DNA of 64,000 nt. Source: an uncultured Gemmatimonadales bacterium. Its GTDB lineage: Bacteria; Gemmatimonadota; Gemmatimonadetes; Gemmatimonadales; GWC2-71-9. The stretch covers positions 32,001 to 96,000 of the forward strand of contig CAWGSK010000012.1 in the NCBI GenBank assembly GCA_963825055.1, in the 5' to 3' direction. Under the pieces are notes generated by a model. The model did not search any database, was not told where the DNA came from, and worked only from the letters and a program-made list of their open reading frames with translations. Below are positions 1-10,765 of this stretch, one piece after another (positions within the stretch are counted from its first letter, which is position 1; each line of letters begins with the position of its first letter). The translations under genes were made by a program, and so were the position numbers.

Positions 1-612
1 AGCATTGTTGTCCTGACCGTGACCGGGCTGTATATCGGGAAACCGTATTTCATCACCAGCGGTGATACGGCCAATCACTATCTCATGGGCTGGATGCGGT
101 TCCTGCACTTCGCCGCCGCGGCAGCGCTGGTGGCCACGGCCATCGTCCGGGCCTACTGGCTCTTCGCCGGCAACCGCTTCGAGCGGATCGGCGCGCTCTT
201 CCCGGTGCGCCCCAGGGACTGGGGCAACATGTTCAGGCAGGTAAAGTTCTACCTGATGATCCGGCCGGACGAGGCGCCGAGCTATCTCGGCCACAATCCG
301 CTGCAGCAGTTGAGCTATACCCTGGTGTATGTGGCAGCCGCGGTCATGGTGGTCACGGGATTTGCCCTGTACGGGCAGTCCAATCCTGACGGGATCTTCT
401 TCACCCTGTTCGCCTGGGTACCGGCCCTGTTCGGCGGACTGCAGGTGACGCGGTTCGTGCACCACGTCCTGTCATGGGCGTTCCTGATCTTCATCCCGAT
501 CCACGTCTATCTCTCCATCCGCAGCGACGTCTATGAGCACACGGGGCTCATCTCCACGATCATCAGCGGTGGCCGCTGGGTACCCGCAGACCGGAAGTAC
601 GTCGATGAGTGA
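1..612 (+). CDS. hyaC: Ni/Fe-hydrogenase b-type cytochrome subunit (5' truncated by window edge)
   Basis: Hydrophobic helices with heme-ligand histidines (RFLHF, GHNPLQQ, FVHHVLSW, IHVYL); directly upstream of the hydrogenase maturation genes. Confidence 0.9.
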   Translation, partial: SIVVLTVTGLYIGKPYFITSGDTANHYLMGWMRFLHFAAAAALVATAIVRAYWLFAGNRFERIGALFPVRPRDWGNMFRQVKFYLMIRPDEAPSYLGHNPLQQLSYTLVYVAAAVMVVTGFALYGQSNPDGIFFTLFAWVPALFGGLQVTRFVHHVLSWAFLIFIPIHVYLSIRSDVYEHTGLISTIISGGRWVPADRKYVDE

Positions 613-1108
613 GCGCCCGGTACTGGTCATCGGCCTCGGCAACCCGATCATGGCCGACGACGGGCTGGGGCTGGCCGCGCTGGCACGTCTCCGGGACGAC
701 TGGTCCTGGCCGGCCGGGGTCGAACTGGTCGACGGGGGAACCTGGGGAATGAACCTGCTTCCCCTGGTCGAGACGGCCGACCGGATCCTCTTCCTGGATG
801 CGGTGGACACCGATGCCGCGCCGGGAACGCCGGTGCGTTTCGAGCGCGACGACCTGCCCCGCTACATCGAACTGCACCTCTCGCCACACCAGGTTGACCT
901 GCGCGAGGTGCTGGCGCTGGCCGAATTTCGCGGAGCGCTCCCGCAGGAGATCGTCATTCTCGGGGCCCAGCCCGAGGTCGTGGAGATGCGGGCGGCGTTG
1001 AGCGCCACGCTGGGTGCCTGCGTCCAGGGACTGGTGGAACGGGCGCTCGCCCAGCTGGAGCGATGGGACATCCGGCCCGTCGCGAGCGGGGATGCCGCGG
1101 TTGCATGA
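605..1108 (+). CDS. hyaD: Hydrogenase maturation endopeptidase (HyaD/HybD family)
   Basis: VLVIGLGNPIMADDGLG, VDGGT, FLDAV and SPHQ motifs; ATG at 605 overlaps the upstream gene. Confidence 0.9.
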   Translation: MSERPVLVIGLGNPIMADDGLGLAALARLRDDWSWPAGVELVDGGTWGMNLLPLVETADRILFLDAVDTDAAPGTPVRFERDDLPRYIELHLSPHQVDLREVLALAEFRGALPQEIVILGAQPEVVEMRAALSATLGACVQGLVERALAQLERWDIRPVASGDAAVA

Positions 1109-1403
1109 GATGAGCGTGAGCCTCGAGATCTGCCGGATGGTCGAGGAACGGATCCCGGCCGGGGCCGCCGGCCGGGTGACCCGAGTGGGGCTGGTGGTGG
1201 GGGATGATGCCGGACTCGAGCCCGGCAGCCTGCAGTTCTGTCTCGAGACCCTGCTCGGCCAGCCACCGTTCGGCGAGGCCGTGCCCGAGATCCGCCGGCA
1301 GCCGGGCGATGCGCTCAGACTCGAATTCATTGACGTGGAGGAGGCGCCGCCGGCTGGCGCGGCCGCCGCGGCGGGAGGTGGTCATGCCAGTGCGCACGAT
1401 TGA
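1101..1403 (+). CDS. hypA: Hydrogenase nickel metallochaperone HypA (lacks the CxxC zinc-finger segment)
   Basis: A TTG start gives the canonical MHEMS N-terminus; V.LVVG..AGLEP.SLQFC core; lies just before hypB. Confidence 0.8.
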   Translation: MHEMSVSLEICRMVEERIPAGAAGRVTRVGLVVGDDAGLEPGSLQFCLETLLGQPPFGEAVPEIRRQPGDALRLEFIDVEEAPPAGAAAAAGGGHASAHD

Positions 1404-2055
1404 GGTCCGGGAGCGGGTCATGGCCCGCAATGACGAGCTGGCCGGGGAGGTACGCGGACGCCTCCGCGATGCCGGCGTCGTCGCGGTCAATCTCGTCTCC
1501 TCGCCAGGGAGTGGAAAGACCACCCTGCTGGAGCGGACGCTGGATGACCTTGCCGGCCGCGTCCGGATGGCCGTCGTCACGGGCGACGTGCAGACCCAGA
1601 ACGACGCCGACCGGCTGGCCCGGCACACCACGGACCTGGTCCAGGCGGTCGTCACCCACGGCGCCTGTCACATGGACGCCCGCCAGGTGGCCTCGGCACT
1701 GGACGCGATCGACCTCGCGACCATCGACCTCCTTTTTATCGAGAATGTCGGCAACCTGGTCTGCCCGGCGAGCTGGGACCTGGGCGAGAACGAGAAGATC
1801 GTGCTCTTCTCCGTGACGGAGGGCGAGGACAAGCCCCTCAAGTATCCGGCCATGTTCCAGCGCTCCTCCTGCGCCATCCTTACCAAGATGGACCTCCTCC
1901 CCCACGTGCCATTCGACGTGGAACGGGCCACGGGATTCGCGCGCCAGGTGAATCCCGACCTGGACATCCTCACCGCCTCCGCGCTCAGCGGGGAAGGGCT
2001 CGACGCGTGGTACGGATATCTCATCCGACTGCTGCCGGCGACGACCCCGGCGTAG
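1384..2055 (+). CDS. hypB: Hydrogenase nickel incorporation GTPase HypB
   Basis: SSPGSGKTTLLE P-loop, CHMDA, ENVGNLVCPA, EGEDKPLKYP, TKMDL. Confidence 0.95.
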   Translation: MPVRTIEVRERVMARNDELAGEVRGRLRDAGVVAVNLVSSPGSGKTTLLERTLDDLAGRVRMAVVTGDVQTQNDADRLARHTTDLVQAVVTHGACHMDARQVASALDAIDLATIDLLFIENVGNLVCPASWDLGENEKIVLFSVTEGEDKPLKYPAMFQRSSCAILTKMDLLPHVPFDVERATGFARQVNPDLDILTASALSGEGLDAWYGYLIRLLPATTPA

Positions 2056-4364
2056 GCGGCGACGCCTCCCTCGCGCTCTGCCTGCACGTGGAGGGCGTGG
2101 TGCAGGGCGTGGGGTTCCGGCCCTTCGTCCACCGGATTGCCATGGCCCATCACCTCGGGGGCTGGGTCCGCAACGCGTCCGGTGACGTGGTAATCGAGGT
2201 CGAGGGCGCACGGGTGGAGATCGAGGCGTTCGTCCAGGACCTGCGGGGGCTCGCGCCGCCGCTGGCCCGCATCGAGCGCGTCTGGTCCGAACCGGCCCGC
2301 CGCCACGGTCGGGTCCACTTCGAAATCCTGGATTCCCTGCATCAGCCCGGGCGGCGCCAGCCCGTTTCGCCCGACGTCGCCCTCTGCGCCACCTGTGAGG
2401 CGGAGCTGTTCGACACCGCCAACCGCCGGTTCCGGTATCCGTTCATCACGTGCACGGACTGCGGTCCGCGGTTCACCGTGATCGATGCGATGCCGTACGA
2501 CCGTGAGCGCACCAGCATGCGCGCCTTCCGGATGTGCCCCGCATGCGCGGGGGAGTATGGCTCACCGGGAGACCGGCGGCACCACTCCGAAACGAACAGC
2601 TGCCCCGACTGCGGCCCGACCGTCCGCCTCTGGTCCCGGACAGGGAAGGGTCCCGCCGGGGAGGACGCCATCGTCGACGCCGCCGCCATGCTGGTGACGG
2701 GAGGCATTGTCGCGGTCCGGGGACTCGGGGGATTTCACCTGGCGGTCGATGCCACGAGCGAGCCGGCGGTCACCCGTCTCCGTCAGCGGAAGCGCCGCCC
2801 TGCCAAGCCCCTTGCCATCATGGTCCGTTCCCTGGCCGACGCGGCCGCCCTTGCGGCGATCGGCCCGGAGGAAGAGCGGCTGCTCACGTCGCCGGCCCGT
2901 CCGATCGTCCTCGTACCGGTGCACGCCGATGCGCCCCTCGCGTCCTCCGTGGCCCCGGGGATGGCGCAGGTGGGGATCATGCTCGCCTACACCCCGCTGC
3001 ACCACCTGCTGCTGGATTTGGCCGGCGTGCCCCTCGTCATGACCAGCGGCAACGCAAGCGAGGAACCGATCGCCACCGCGAATGAGGAAGCCCTCCGGCG
3101 GCTGGCCGGTATCGCCGACGCCTTCCTGCTGCACGACCGGGAGATCGTGGCGCGCTATGACGACTCGGTCGTCCGGGTGACTGACTCCCGGCCGGTCATG
3201 CTCCGCCGGGCTCGCGGCTTTGCGCCGCTGCCGCTGCGGCTGCCGGTGCCGACCCCCGTGCCGCTGGTGGCGGTCGGCCCTCAGCTCAAGAACACCTTCT
3301 GCCTGGCGGACGGCTCCGGCGCCTGGGTGAGCCAGCATATCGGCGATCTCGAAAACTACGAGACGCTCCAGAGTTTCCAGCAGTGCCTCAGCCGCATGAG
3401 CGATCTCTTCCAGGTCACCCCGGGCGCCGTAGTGCACGACCAGCATCCCGGATACCTCTCGACCAGGATCGCGGGAGAACTCGGGATCGAGCCGATCCTG
3501 GCGGTCCAGCACCACCATGCGCACATCGCTGCGGTCATGGCCGAGCACGGGGTGACAGGGCCGGTCCTTGGTGTGGCGTATGACGGGACCGGGTACGGTA
3601 TCGACGGCACCACGTGGGGCGCCGAGTTCCTCGTCGCGGATCTCGAGGGCTTCGAGCGCGTTGGTCACCTGCGGCCCGCCCCGCTGCCGGGCGGGGATCT
3701 CGCGGCCAGGCAACCCTGGCGTGCCGCCCTCGGTTACCTGTCACTCGTTCCCGAGCGCCAGGCTGAGTTCGGGCTTGCTTTCCGCGGCGTGATTTCGCAG
3801 GAACGTGCGATGGCGGAACGCCAGGTGACGCAGGGCATCAACGCGCCGCTGGCGTCGTCCATGGGACGCCTGTTCGATGCAGCGGCCGCCGTGATCGGCC
3901 TGTGCCGGGAAAACACGTACGAAGGGCAGGCGGCCATGGAGCTGGAGGCTGCCGCAGGCCGGCGGATCGCGACGGAGTTGCCCTTCCCGATCGTCGAGCA
4001 GCCGGACGGACGCCTGGTGCTCGATCCGCTGCCACTGCTCATCCGCCTCGGGGTCCGGGCACAGCGTGGAGCCGACCTGCGGGACCTGGCGGCTGACTTC
4101 CACGCCACGGTCGCGTGGGGAACCGAGCGCATGATCGCCCGCCTGGCGGAGCGCTCGGGCCTCCGCACCATCGCCCTCGGTGGGGGCGTGTTCCAGAATG
4201 CCAGGCTGGCGGCATCGATGGCCGCCCGTCTGCGGTCACTGGGGTTCACCGTCCTGCTGCCAGTGGAACTGCCCCCCGGCGACGGGGCTATCAGCTATGG
4301 CCAGGCCGCGGTCGCGGCGGCCATCCTTGCCCGCGCGTCGGGCACTACCGCGGGAGGTCACTGA
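2007..4364 (+). CDS. hypF: Carbamoyltransferase HypF (start uncertain)
   Basis: Acylphosphatase GVVQGVGFRPF, two CxxC-x-CxxC zinc fingers, YrdC-like domain, QHHHAH, PPGDGAISYGQA. Confidence 0.95.
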   Translation: MVRISHPTAAGDDPGVGGDASLALCLHVEGVVQGVGFRPFVHRIAMAHHLGGWVRNASGDVVIEVEGARVEIEAFVQDLRGLAPPLARIERVWSEPARRHGRVHFEILDSLHQPGRRQPVSPDVALCATCEAELFDTANRRFRYPFITCTDCGPRFTVIDAMPYDRERTSMRAFRMCPACAGEYGSPGDRRHHSETNSCPDCGPTVRLWSRTGKGPAGEDAIVDAAAMLVTGGIVAVRGLGGFHLAVDATSEPAVTRLRQRKRRPAKPLAIMVRSLADAAALAAIGPEEERLLTSPARPIVLVPVHADAPLASSVAPGMAQVGIMLAYTPLHHLLLDLAGVPLVMTSGNASEEPIATANEEALRRLAGIADAFLLHDREIVARYDDSVVRVTDSRPVMLRRARGFAPLPLRLPVPTPVPLVAVGPQLKNTFCLADGSGAWVSQHIGDLENYETLQSFQQCLSRMSDLFQVTPGAVVHDQHPGYLSTRIAGELGIEPILAVQHHHAHIAAVMAEHGVTGPVLGVAYDGTGYGIDGTTWGAEFLVADLEGFERVGHLRPAPLPGGDLAARQPWRAALGYLSLVPERQAEFGLAFRGVISQERAMAERQVTQGINAPLASSMGRLFDAAAAVIGLCRENTYEGQAAMELEAAAGRRIATELPFPIVEQPDGRLVLDPLPLLIRLGVRAQRGADLRDLAADFHATVAWGTERMIARLAERSGLRTIALGGGVFQNARLAASMAARLRSLGFTVLLPVELPPGDGAISYGQAAVAAAILARASGTTAGGH

Positions 4365-4657
4365 TGTGCCTCGGCATTCCCGGCCGGATCCTCTCCCGGC
4401 GTGAAGATGCAGGCCTTTCCATGGGGATGGTGGATTTCGGCGGTGTCCGTCGCGAGGTCTGCCTTGCCTACGTCCAGGATGAGGTCGATGTCGGCGACTA
4501 CGTGCTGGTGCATGTCGGATTCGCCCTGTCTCGCCTCGACGAGTCCGAGGCGCGCACGACGTTCGAGATCCTGCGCGAAATGAGCCAGCTCGACGAACTC
4601 GACTGGATCCGTGAGGTGGCGGATCGCGGCCTGGCACCGATGGAGGGCTCACCATGA
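4364..4657 (+). CDS. hypC: Hydrogenase chaperone HypC
   Basis: MCLGIPG N-terminus; [11 protein letters not shown]. Confidence 0.95.
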   Translation: MCLGIPGRILSRREDAGLSMGMVDFGGVRREVCLAYVQDEVDVGDYVLVHVGFALSRLDESEARTTFEILREMSQLDELDWIREVADRGLAPMEGSP

Positions 4658-5763
4658 AGTATCTCGACGAATACCGCGACCCGGCCCTCGCGCGCACCCT
4701 GGTCGACCGTATCCGGCAGACGGCGACGCGGCGCTGGACCCTGATGGAGGTCTGCGGTGGGCAGACCCACACCCTGGTCCGGCAGGGCATCGACGAGATT
4801 CTCTCGGAGGCGATCGAGATGATCCACGGCCCGGGCTGCCCTGTCTGCGTGACACCGCTCGAGCAGATCGACAAGGCGCTCCAGCTGGCGGCACGGCCCG
4901 ACGTGATCTTCACCAGCTTCGGCGACATGCTGCGCGTCCCCGGCTCCGATGGCGACCTCCAGGTGGCCCGCTCCCGGGGCGCCGATGTCCAGGTGGTCTA
5001 CTCTCCGCTCGACGCGCTGGTCCTCGCGCGGCGCCACCCCGATCGCGAAGTGGTTTTCTTCGCGGTCGGGTTCGAGACCACCGCTCCCGCCAATGCCATG
5101 GCCGTCTGGCGGGCGCGGCAGCTCGGCATCAGGAATTTCAGCATGCTGGTGTCCCACGTGACCGTGCCCCCCGCAATGCTGGCCATCCTCGATTCGCCCG
5201 ATAACCGGGTGCAGGGCTTCCTCGCCGCGGGTCACGTCTGCACGGTGATGGGCTGGAAGGAGTACGAACCGATTGCGGCGCGGTACAAGGTGCCGATCGT
5301 GGTGACGGGCTTCGAGCCGGTGGACCTGTTGCAGGGCATACATATGTGCGTCCGGCAGCTGGAGGAGGGCCGGAGCGAGGTGGAGAACAGTTACGCCCGG
5401 GTGGTCCGGCGCGATGGGTCGGTCCGCGCACAGGACCTGGTGAGCGAGGTGTTCGAACTCGTTGACCGTCCCTGGCGAGGGATCGGGACCATCCCCCGGA
5501 GCGGCCTGGGCCTGCGGCCCGACTACGCCGACTTCGACGCCGAGGTTCGGTTCGGCCTTCAGGGCATGACGGTGGAGGAACCGGCGGAATGCCGGGCCGG
5601 CGACGTACTGCGCGGCCGCCTCAAGCCCGTCTCCTGTCCCGCCTTCGGCACCCGTTGCACACCCGAGCATCCCCTGGGCGCCCCGATGGTGAGCAGCGAG
5701 GGAGCCTGCGCGGCCTACTACCATGCCGGCCGGCACTCCCTGGTCGAAGGAGGAACCTCATGA
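4654..5763 (+). CDS. hypD: Hydrogenase formation protein HypD
   Basis: [37 protein letters not shown]. Confidence 0.96.
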   Translation: MKYLDEYRDPALARTLVDRIRQTATRRWTLMEVCGGQTHTLVRQGIDEILSEAIEMIHGPGCPVCVTPLEQIDKALQLAARPDVIFTSFGDMLRVPGSDGDLQVARSRGADVQVVYSPLDALVLARRHPDREVVFFAVGFETTAPANAMAVWRARQLGIRNFSMLVSHVTVPPAMLAILDSPDNRVQGFLAAGHVCTVMGWKEYEPIAARYKVPIVVTGFEPVDLLQGIHMCVRQLEEGRSEVENSYARVVRRDGSVRAQDLVSEVFELVDRPWRGIGTIPRSGLGLRPDYADFDAEVRFGLQGMTVEEPAECRAGDVLRGRLKPVSCPAFGTRCTPEHPLGAPMVSSEGACAAYYHAGRHSLVEGGTS

Positions 5764-6818
5764 GCATCCCCCGGACCATCACGCTCTCCTGTCCCGTGCC
5801 CGCCGATACCGGCGACCGGGTCCAGCTCGGGCACGGTTCGGGCGGGAAGCTGAGCGGTCGGCTTCTCAGGGATCACTTCCTTCCGCACCTCACCAACGAT
5901 GCCCTTGCACAGCTGGGCGATGCGGCCGTCCTGTCCCTGGACGGCCGGGCGGTGGCATTCAGTACCGACACCTTCGTGGTCCGGCCCCTCGAGTTTCCCG
6001 GGGGTGACATCGGCGCGCTGGCCGTGCACGGGACCCTGAACGACCTGGCGATGATGGGGGCAGAACCCCATAGCCTGTCCGCGGGGTTCATCCTGGAGGA
6101 AGGCCTCCCGCTGGACGTGCTCGATCGCGTGGTCGCCACCATGGCCAGGTCCGCCGAAGCCGCGGGAGTGTGCGTGGTCACGGGGGACACCAAGGTCGTG
6201 GAGCGCGGCAAGGCCGACGGCATGTTCATCAACACCGCCGGGGTTGGCCTGCTCCGCCCGGACTTCCGCCCGTCGCCCGGGCGGGGCAGGGCGGGGGATG
6301 CCATCATCGTGAGCGGGCCGATCGGCTCCCACGGGATGGCCATCATGTCCGCGCGCGAGGGCTTGGGTTTCGAGTCGCCGATCGAGAGCGACACCGCCTA
6401 CCTGGGGCCCCTGGTGCAACTCCTGCGTTACGCGGCGGGAGACGAGGTTCATGTCCTGCGCGACCCCACGCGGGGCGGAGTGGCCAGCGTCCTGAACGAA
6501 ATCGCCGTTGCCTCTCACGTGGGCATGGAACTGCACGACCAGAGCATTCCGGTGCCGGAAACGGTCCGGGCCGCCTGCGATCTCCTTGGCCTGGACCCGC
6601 TATACGTCGCGAATGAGGGTGTGCTGGTCGCCTTCGTCGCGGGCGTGGCGGCCGCCGACGCACTGTCGGCCCTCCGCTCGCACCCGCTCGGCCGGGGGGC
6701 GTCCGTCATCGGGCAGGTTACCGCCGAGCATCCCGGGCTCGTCGTGCTCGAGACCGGTATCGGGGGCCGCCGGGTGGTGGACCTCCTCCCCGGCGACCAG
6801 CTCCCGAGGATATGTTAG
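5760..6818 (+). CDS. hypE: Carbamoyl dehydratase HypE
   Basis: HGSGG, TGDTKVV, RDPTRGG and C-terminal LPRIC. Confidence 0.96.
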   Translation: MSIPRTITLSCPVPADTGDRVQLGHGSGGKLSGRLLRDHFLPHLTNDALAQLGDAAVLSLDGRAVAFSTDTFVVRPLEFPGGDIGALAVHGTLNDLAMMGAEPHSLSAGFILEEGLPLDVLDRVVATMARSAEAAGVCVVTGDTKVVERGKADGMFINTAGVGLLRPDFRPSPGRGRAGDAIIVSGPIGSHGMAIMSAREGLGFESPIESDTAYLGPLVQLLRYAAGDEVHVLRDPTRGGVASVLNEIAVASHVGMELHDQSIPVPETVRAACDLLGLDPLYVANEGVLVAFVAGVAAADALSALRSHPLGRGASVIGQVTAEHPGLVVLETGIGGRRVVDLLPGDQLPRIC

Positions 6819-6822
6819 GGGC

Positions 6823-7608
6823 ATGACTGAACAACCACCCGCCATCGCCTGCCCGGGCTGTGGGGCCCGGGCCTCCGGACGTTTCTGTAACCAGTGCGGC
6901 ACGCCACTTGGCCAGACGGCCTGCCCGGCCTGCGGGGCTGCGGTCCGCGCGGGCGCGCGGTTCTGCGCCGCCTGTGGTGCCGCCATCGCCGGCACCCCGG
7001 TTCCGGGACCCGGCGCGCGCAACGACCGGCTTCCCTGGTACGTAGCCGGTGTCGCAGTTGTGGCGCTCCTGGTGGTCCTCGTGGTCATGCTCAACCGTGG
7101 CGCTGCCCCGGCTGCCGCGGTGGGGGCCAACACGGCCGCACCCTTCGCGGGCGCCGGCGGAGGCGGCACGCCGCCGGACCTCAGCACCATGACGCCCCGG
7201 GAGCGGTTCGACCGCCTCTACAACCGGATCATGACCGCGGCCGAAACCGGCGACGAGTCCACCGTCACGACGTTCACACCCATGGCACTCGCGGCCTACC
7301 AGCAGCTCGACCAGGTGGACGCCGACGCCCGCTACCACCTCGCCCTGCTTCAGGTCCACACCGGGGACGTTGCCGGGCCGGCAGCACTGGCGGACACCAT
7401 CCTGGCTAACAACCCGGGCCACCTGTTCGGCTACATGATCAGGGGCTCCATTGCGCGGTGGCAGAACGACACCGCGGCCCTGACCAGGGTGTACCGGGAG
7501 TTCGAGTCCCATTACCAGGCGGAGATGGCGGCCGCGCGCCCCGAGTACGGAGAGCACACCCGGGCCGTGGAGGAATTCCACAGGTCGGCCATGGCGGCGG
7601 GATCCTGA
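6823..7608 (+). CDS. Double zinc-ribbon membrane protein with a helical (TPR-like) C-terminal domain
   Basis: Four CxxC pairs (CPGC, CNQC, CPAC, CAAC), one TM helix (WYVAGVAVVALLVVLVVML), helical tail. Confidence 0.7.
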   Translation: MTEQPPAIACPGCGARASGRFCNQCGTPLGQTACPACGAAVRAGARFCAACGAAIAGTPVPGPGARNDRLPWYVAGVAVVALLVVLVVMLNRGAAPAAAVGANTAAPFAGAGGGGTPPDLSTMTPRERFDRLYNRIMTAAETGDESTVTTFTPMALAAYQQLDQVDADARYHLALLQVHTGDVAGPAALADTILANNPGHLFGYMIRGSIARWQNDTAALTRVYREFESHYQAEMAAARPEYGEHTRAVEEFHRSAMAAGS

Positions 7609-7670
7609 CCCCGCTGCCGGTGGTCAGGGAAATCGATTAGGTTCGTTCAGGCTCCATCCGGAGAACTTCC

Positions 7671-8093
7671 ATGAAGGCAGGCACCAAATTCCTCCTCGGC
7701 GCGGCCCTGATAGTGGTTGCGGTCGGCTACCTGATGGTCGAGGGTGTCCGGCAGACCGGGACATACTTCCTCACCCCGACCGAACTGGCCACCAGGGTCA
7801 GTGAGGACCCGGGCTTCAGAAACGTCGGCATCAAGATGGGCGCGAAAGTGGTGCGGGGGTCGATCCACCGCAATCCCGACGCGCGCCAGATCGACTTCCA
7901 GGTGACGGACGGTACCCAGACCTACCCGGTGACCTATCGCGGCCTGGCTCCCGACACCTTCAACGACGAGCAGGAAATCGAGGTCGTCGTGGAGGGACGG
8001 CTGGACGGGGAGAATGTCTTCCACGCCACCACGCTCCTGGCCAAGTGCGGTTCCCGCTACGAGGCCACCTACGACGAAGACCCCAAGGCCTGA
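7671..8093 (+). CDS. ccmE: Cytochrome c maturation heme chaperone CcmE (Cys-type, CxxxY)
   Basis: N-terminal TM; YFLTPTE, V.Y.G..PDTF, VVVEG and LLAKCGSRY motifs; upstream of ccmF. Confidence 0.9.
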   Translation: MKAGTKFLLGAALIVVAVGYLMVEGVRQTGTYFLTPTELATRVSEDPGFRNVGIKMGAKVVRGSIHRNPDARQIDFQVTDGTQTYPVTYRGLAPDTFNDEQEIEVVVEGRLDGENVFHATTLLAKCGSRYEATYDEDPKA

Positions 8094-8108
8094 CCAGGCG
8101 GCTTTCCA

Positions 8109-10157
8109 ATGACACTGCTGGGACAATTCGCGCTGTGGTCCGCATTCCTCCTCGGGCTGTGGACTTCGGTGCTTGCCTTTTCCGGGCGCTGGGAAACCCG
8201 GCCGGATCTCCGCCTCGCGGTCACCCGCGCGGTTTACGCGATGCTGTTGCTTCTCGCGGTGGCCTCGTTCGCGCTGTGGCGCGGCCTGCTGGGCCATGAC
8301 TTCAACATCGAGTACGTGGCCGGCTACACCTCCCGGAACCTGCCGACGTACTACGTGGTGGCGGCGTTCTGGGCCGGGCAGAAGGGCTCGCTGCTCTTCT
8401 GGGCGGTGGTGCTCTCGATCTTCGCGGCCCTGGCCCAGTGGCTGACCCCGAAGCGCTACGCGCACCTGCTGCCGTACGTGGCCGGAGTCACCACCGCCGT
8501 CACCGTGTTCTTCATCTCCACGATGCTTTTCGGCGGGGAGAACCCGTTCGAGCGCCTCGCCTTCACGCCGCCGGACGGCCGCGGCCTGAATCCGCAGCTG
8601 CAGAACGTGGCGATGACGATCCACCCGCCGATGCTCTACCTCGGCTACATCAGCATCACCATTCCGTTTGCCTTCGCGATCGCGGCGCTCCTGTCGCGCC
8701 GGCTGGACACGGGCTGGATCCAGGCCATCCGGAAGTGGACCATCGTCTCGTGGCTCTTCCTCTCCGTCGGGATCACCCTGGGCATGTGGTGGGCCTACGT
8801 CGAGCTGGGCTGGGGCGGGTACTGGGCATGGGATCCGGTGGAGAACGCCAGCCTGTTGCCGTGGCTCACCATGACGGCCTTCCTGCACTCAGTGATGATC
8901 CAGGAAAAACGGGGGATGCTGAAGCGCTGGAACATGGGGCTGGTGATCGGGAGTTTCCTGCTCAGCATCTTCGGTACCTTCATCACGCGCTCCGGCGTGA
9001 TCGCGAGCGTGCACAGCTTCGCCCAGGGTGACGTCGGGTACTTCTTTCTGGCCTTCCTGCTCGTCTCGGCGATCCTTTCCTTCACGCTGCTGTACACACG
9101 CTGGCCGGCGCTGGAACCGGACGCGAAGCTGGAGGCGGTGGTGAGCCGCGAAGGGGCATTCCTCTTCAATAACCTGATGCTGCTCGGCATCGCGTTCTCG
9201 GTGCTCTGGGGCACGCTCTTTCCCATCCTGAGCGAATGGGTGCGGGGGACGAAGGTGACGGTCGGGCCGCCCTTCTTCAACCGGGTCAATGTGCCGCTCG
9301 GACTCCTGTTGCTCGCCCTCACCGGGATCGGCCCGCTCATTGCCTGGCGGAAGGCGACTCCCAGCAACCTGAAACGCCAGTTCCGCGCCCCGGTGATTAC
9401 CGGGTTCGCCGTCGTGGCCCTGCTGCTTGCGCTCGGGCTCCGGGATGCGTACGTGCTCGTGGCGCTTGGCATCGGCGGCTTCGTCCTCGGGACCCTCACC
9501 CAGGAGTTCTATCGCGGCACCCGTGCCCGGCACCGGATGTACAGCGAGATGTGGCCCCTGGCCTTCGTCCGCCTCATCGGCCGGAACCGGCGCCGCTACG
9601 GCGGGTACATCGTCCACCTCGCCATTCTGATCTACTTCGTCGCCTTTGCCGGCGGGGCGTTCAAGATCGACCGGGAGGAAACCCTCCGTCCCGGCGAGTC
9701 GATCCAGATCCGGAGCCCGTACGGCCACACCTACACGATCACGCACATGGGCATCTCGCAGTACGATGCCCTGAACCGGGTGGTCACGGCGGCGAGCTTC
9801 CAGGTGGACAGGGACGGGAAGTCCCTGGGCATCATGAAGTCGGAGAAGCGGCAGCACGTCGACAGCTTCGGCCGGCCGACGTTCCAGCCCTCGACCGAAG
9901 TGGCGATCCGGAGCGACATCCAGGAGGACCTCTACGCCGTCTTCGCCGGGGCGGTGGACGGGACGGAAGAAGCGGTCTACCGCTTCAGCATCATTCCGCT
10001 GGTGTGGTGGATCTGGTACGGCGGCGGGCTGCTCGCCCTGGGCGGGCTCATCACGATGTGGCCCGGCGCTTCCACGCCCGGCGACAGGCGGCAGCAGGCG
10101 GGATACGGCGCGTCCATGGCCGACCGCGAACTGGCGGGAACAGGATCAGGAGCATGA
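8109..10157 (+). CDS. ccmF: Cytochrome c-type biogenesis heme lyase CcmF
   Basis: GLNPQLQ, HPPMLYLGY, WGGYWAWDPVENASLLPWL (WWD domain), SVHSF. Confidence 0.96.
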   Translation: MTLLGQFALWSAFLLGLWTSVLAFSGRWETRPDLRLAVTRAVYAMLLLLAVASFALWRGLLGHDFNIEYVAGYTSRNLPTYYVVAAFWAGQKGSLLFWAVVLSIFAALAQWLTPKRYAHLLPYVAGVTTAVTVFFISTMLFGGENPFERLAFTPPDGRGLNPQLQNVAMTIHPPMLYLGYISITIPFAFAIAALLSRRLDTGWIQAIRKWTIVSWLFLSVGITLGMWWAYVELGWGGYWAWDPVENASLLPWLTMTAFLHSVMIQEKRGMLKRWNMGLVIGSFLLSIFGTFITRSGVIASVHSFAQGDVGYFFLAFLLVSAILSFTLLYTRWPALEPDAKLEAVVSREGAFLFNNLMLLGIAFSVLWGTLFPILSEWVRGTKVTVGPPFFNRVNVPLGLLLLALTGIGPLIAWRKATPSNLKRQFRAPVITGFAVVALLLALGLRDAYVLVALGIGGFVLGTLTQEFYRGTRARHRMYSEMWPLAFVRLIGRNRRRYGGYIVHLAILIYFVAFAGGAFKIDREETLRPGESIQIRSPYGHTYTITHMGISQYDALNRVVTAASFQVDRDGKSLGIMKSEKRQHVDSFGRPTFQPSTEVAIRSDIQEDLYAVFAGAVDGTEEAVYRFSIIPLVWWIWYGGGLLALGGLITMWPGASTPGDRRQQAGYGASMADRELAGTGSGA

Positions 10158-10765
10158 GCGTGACACGTATGACGCGGCGCGGATTCCTCGGCGCCGGTGC
10201 GATCGGACTTGTTGCCACCGGCCGCCTGGCCGGGCAGGCGGTGCAGGATTCGCTGGCCGGGCGGGGCGAACGGGGCACGCTCTTCAATCCGGGCGCGGCG
10301 GGCCGCCCGCGCGACCCCTCCACGGCGGACGACAACAACCTCGCCATCCAGGCGATCGAGCGCCGGATCAAGTGCCAGTGCGGCTGCGGGCTGGATGTCT
10401 TCACCTGCCGCACGACCGACTTCACCTGCCAGACCTCGCCCGAGATGCACCGGCGCGTGGCGGCGTCCCACAATGACGGACTTACGGCCGACCAGATCGT
10501 GCAGCAGTTCGTGGATCAGTACGGCGAACAGGCCCTGATGGCCCCACCGGCGGAGGGGTTCAACCTGGCGGGATACCTTGTCCCCGGGGCCATCATCCTG
10601 CTGGCCGGGGTGCTCCTGGTCCTCATGTTCCTGCGCCGCCGCCGGCTGGCGGTGGCCACGCCGACCGGACCGGTACTCCATGCCGGGACACCGCCCGGCG
10701 GGGCGGCCGGGTCCCCCGAGGAACTCGCGCGTCTCGAGCGGGCACTCGCGGAGATGGAGGATTGA
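10154..10765 (+). CDS. ccmH: CcmH/CycL-like cytochrome c biogenesis protein with Tat-like signal
   Basis: IKCQCGC...QIVQQFVDQYGEQAL.APP plus C-terminal TM, the CcmH architecture; TRRGFL at N-terminus; overlaps the ccmF stop. Confidence 0.75.
   Translation: MSVTRMTRRGFLGAGAIGLVATGRLAGQAVQDSLAGRGERGTLFNPGAAGRPRDPSTADDNNLAIQAIERRIKCQCGCGLDVFTCRTTDFTCQTSPEMHRRVAASHNDGLTADQIVQQFVDQYGEQALMAPPAEGFNLAGYLVPGAIILLAGVLLVLMFLRRRRLAVATPTGPVLHAGTPPGGAAGSPEELARLERALAEMED

Noticed and set aside
9236..10153. 509-aa ORF overlapping ccmF
   Set aside because: Only the part from ATG 10154 (CcmH-like) is plausible. The rest is an alternative frame of ccmF.
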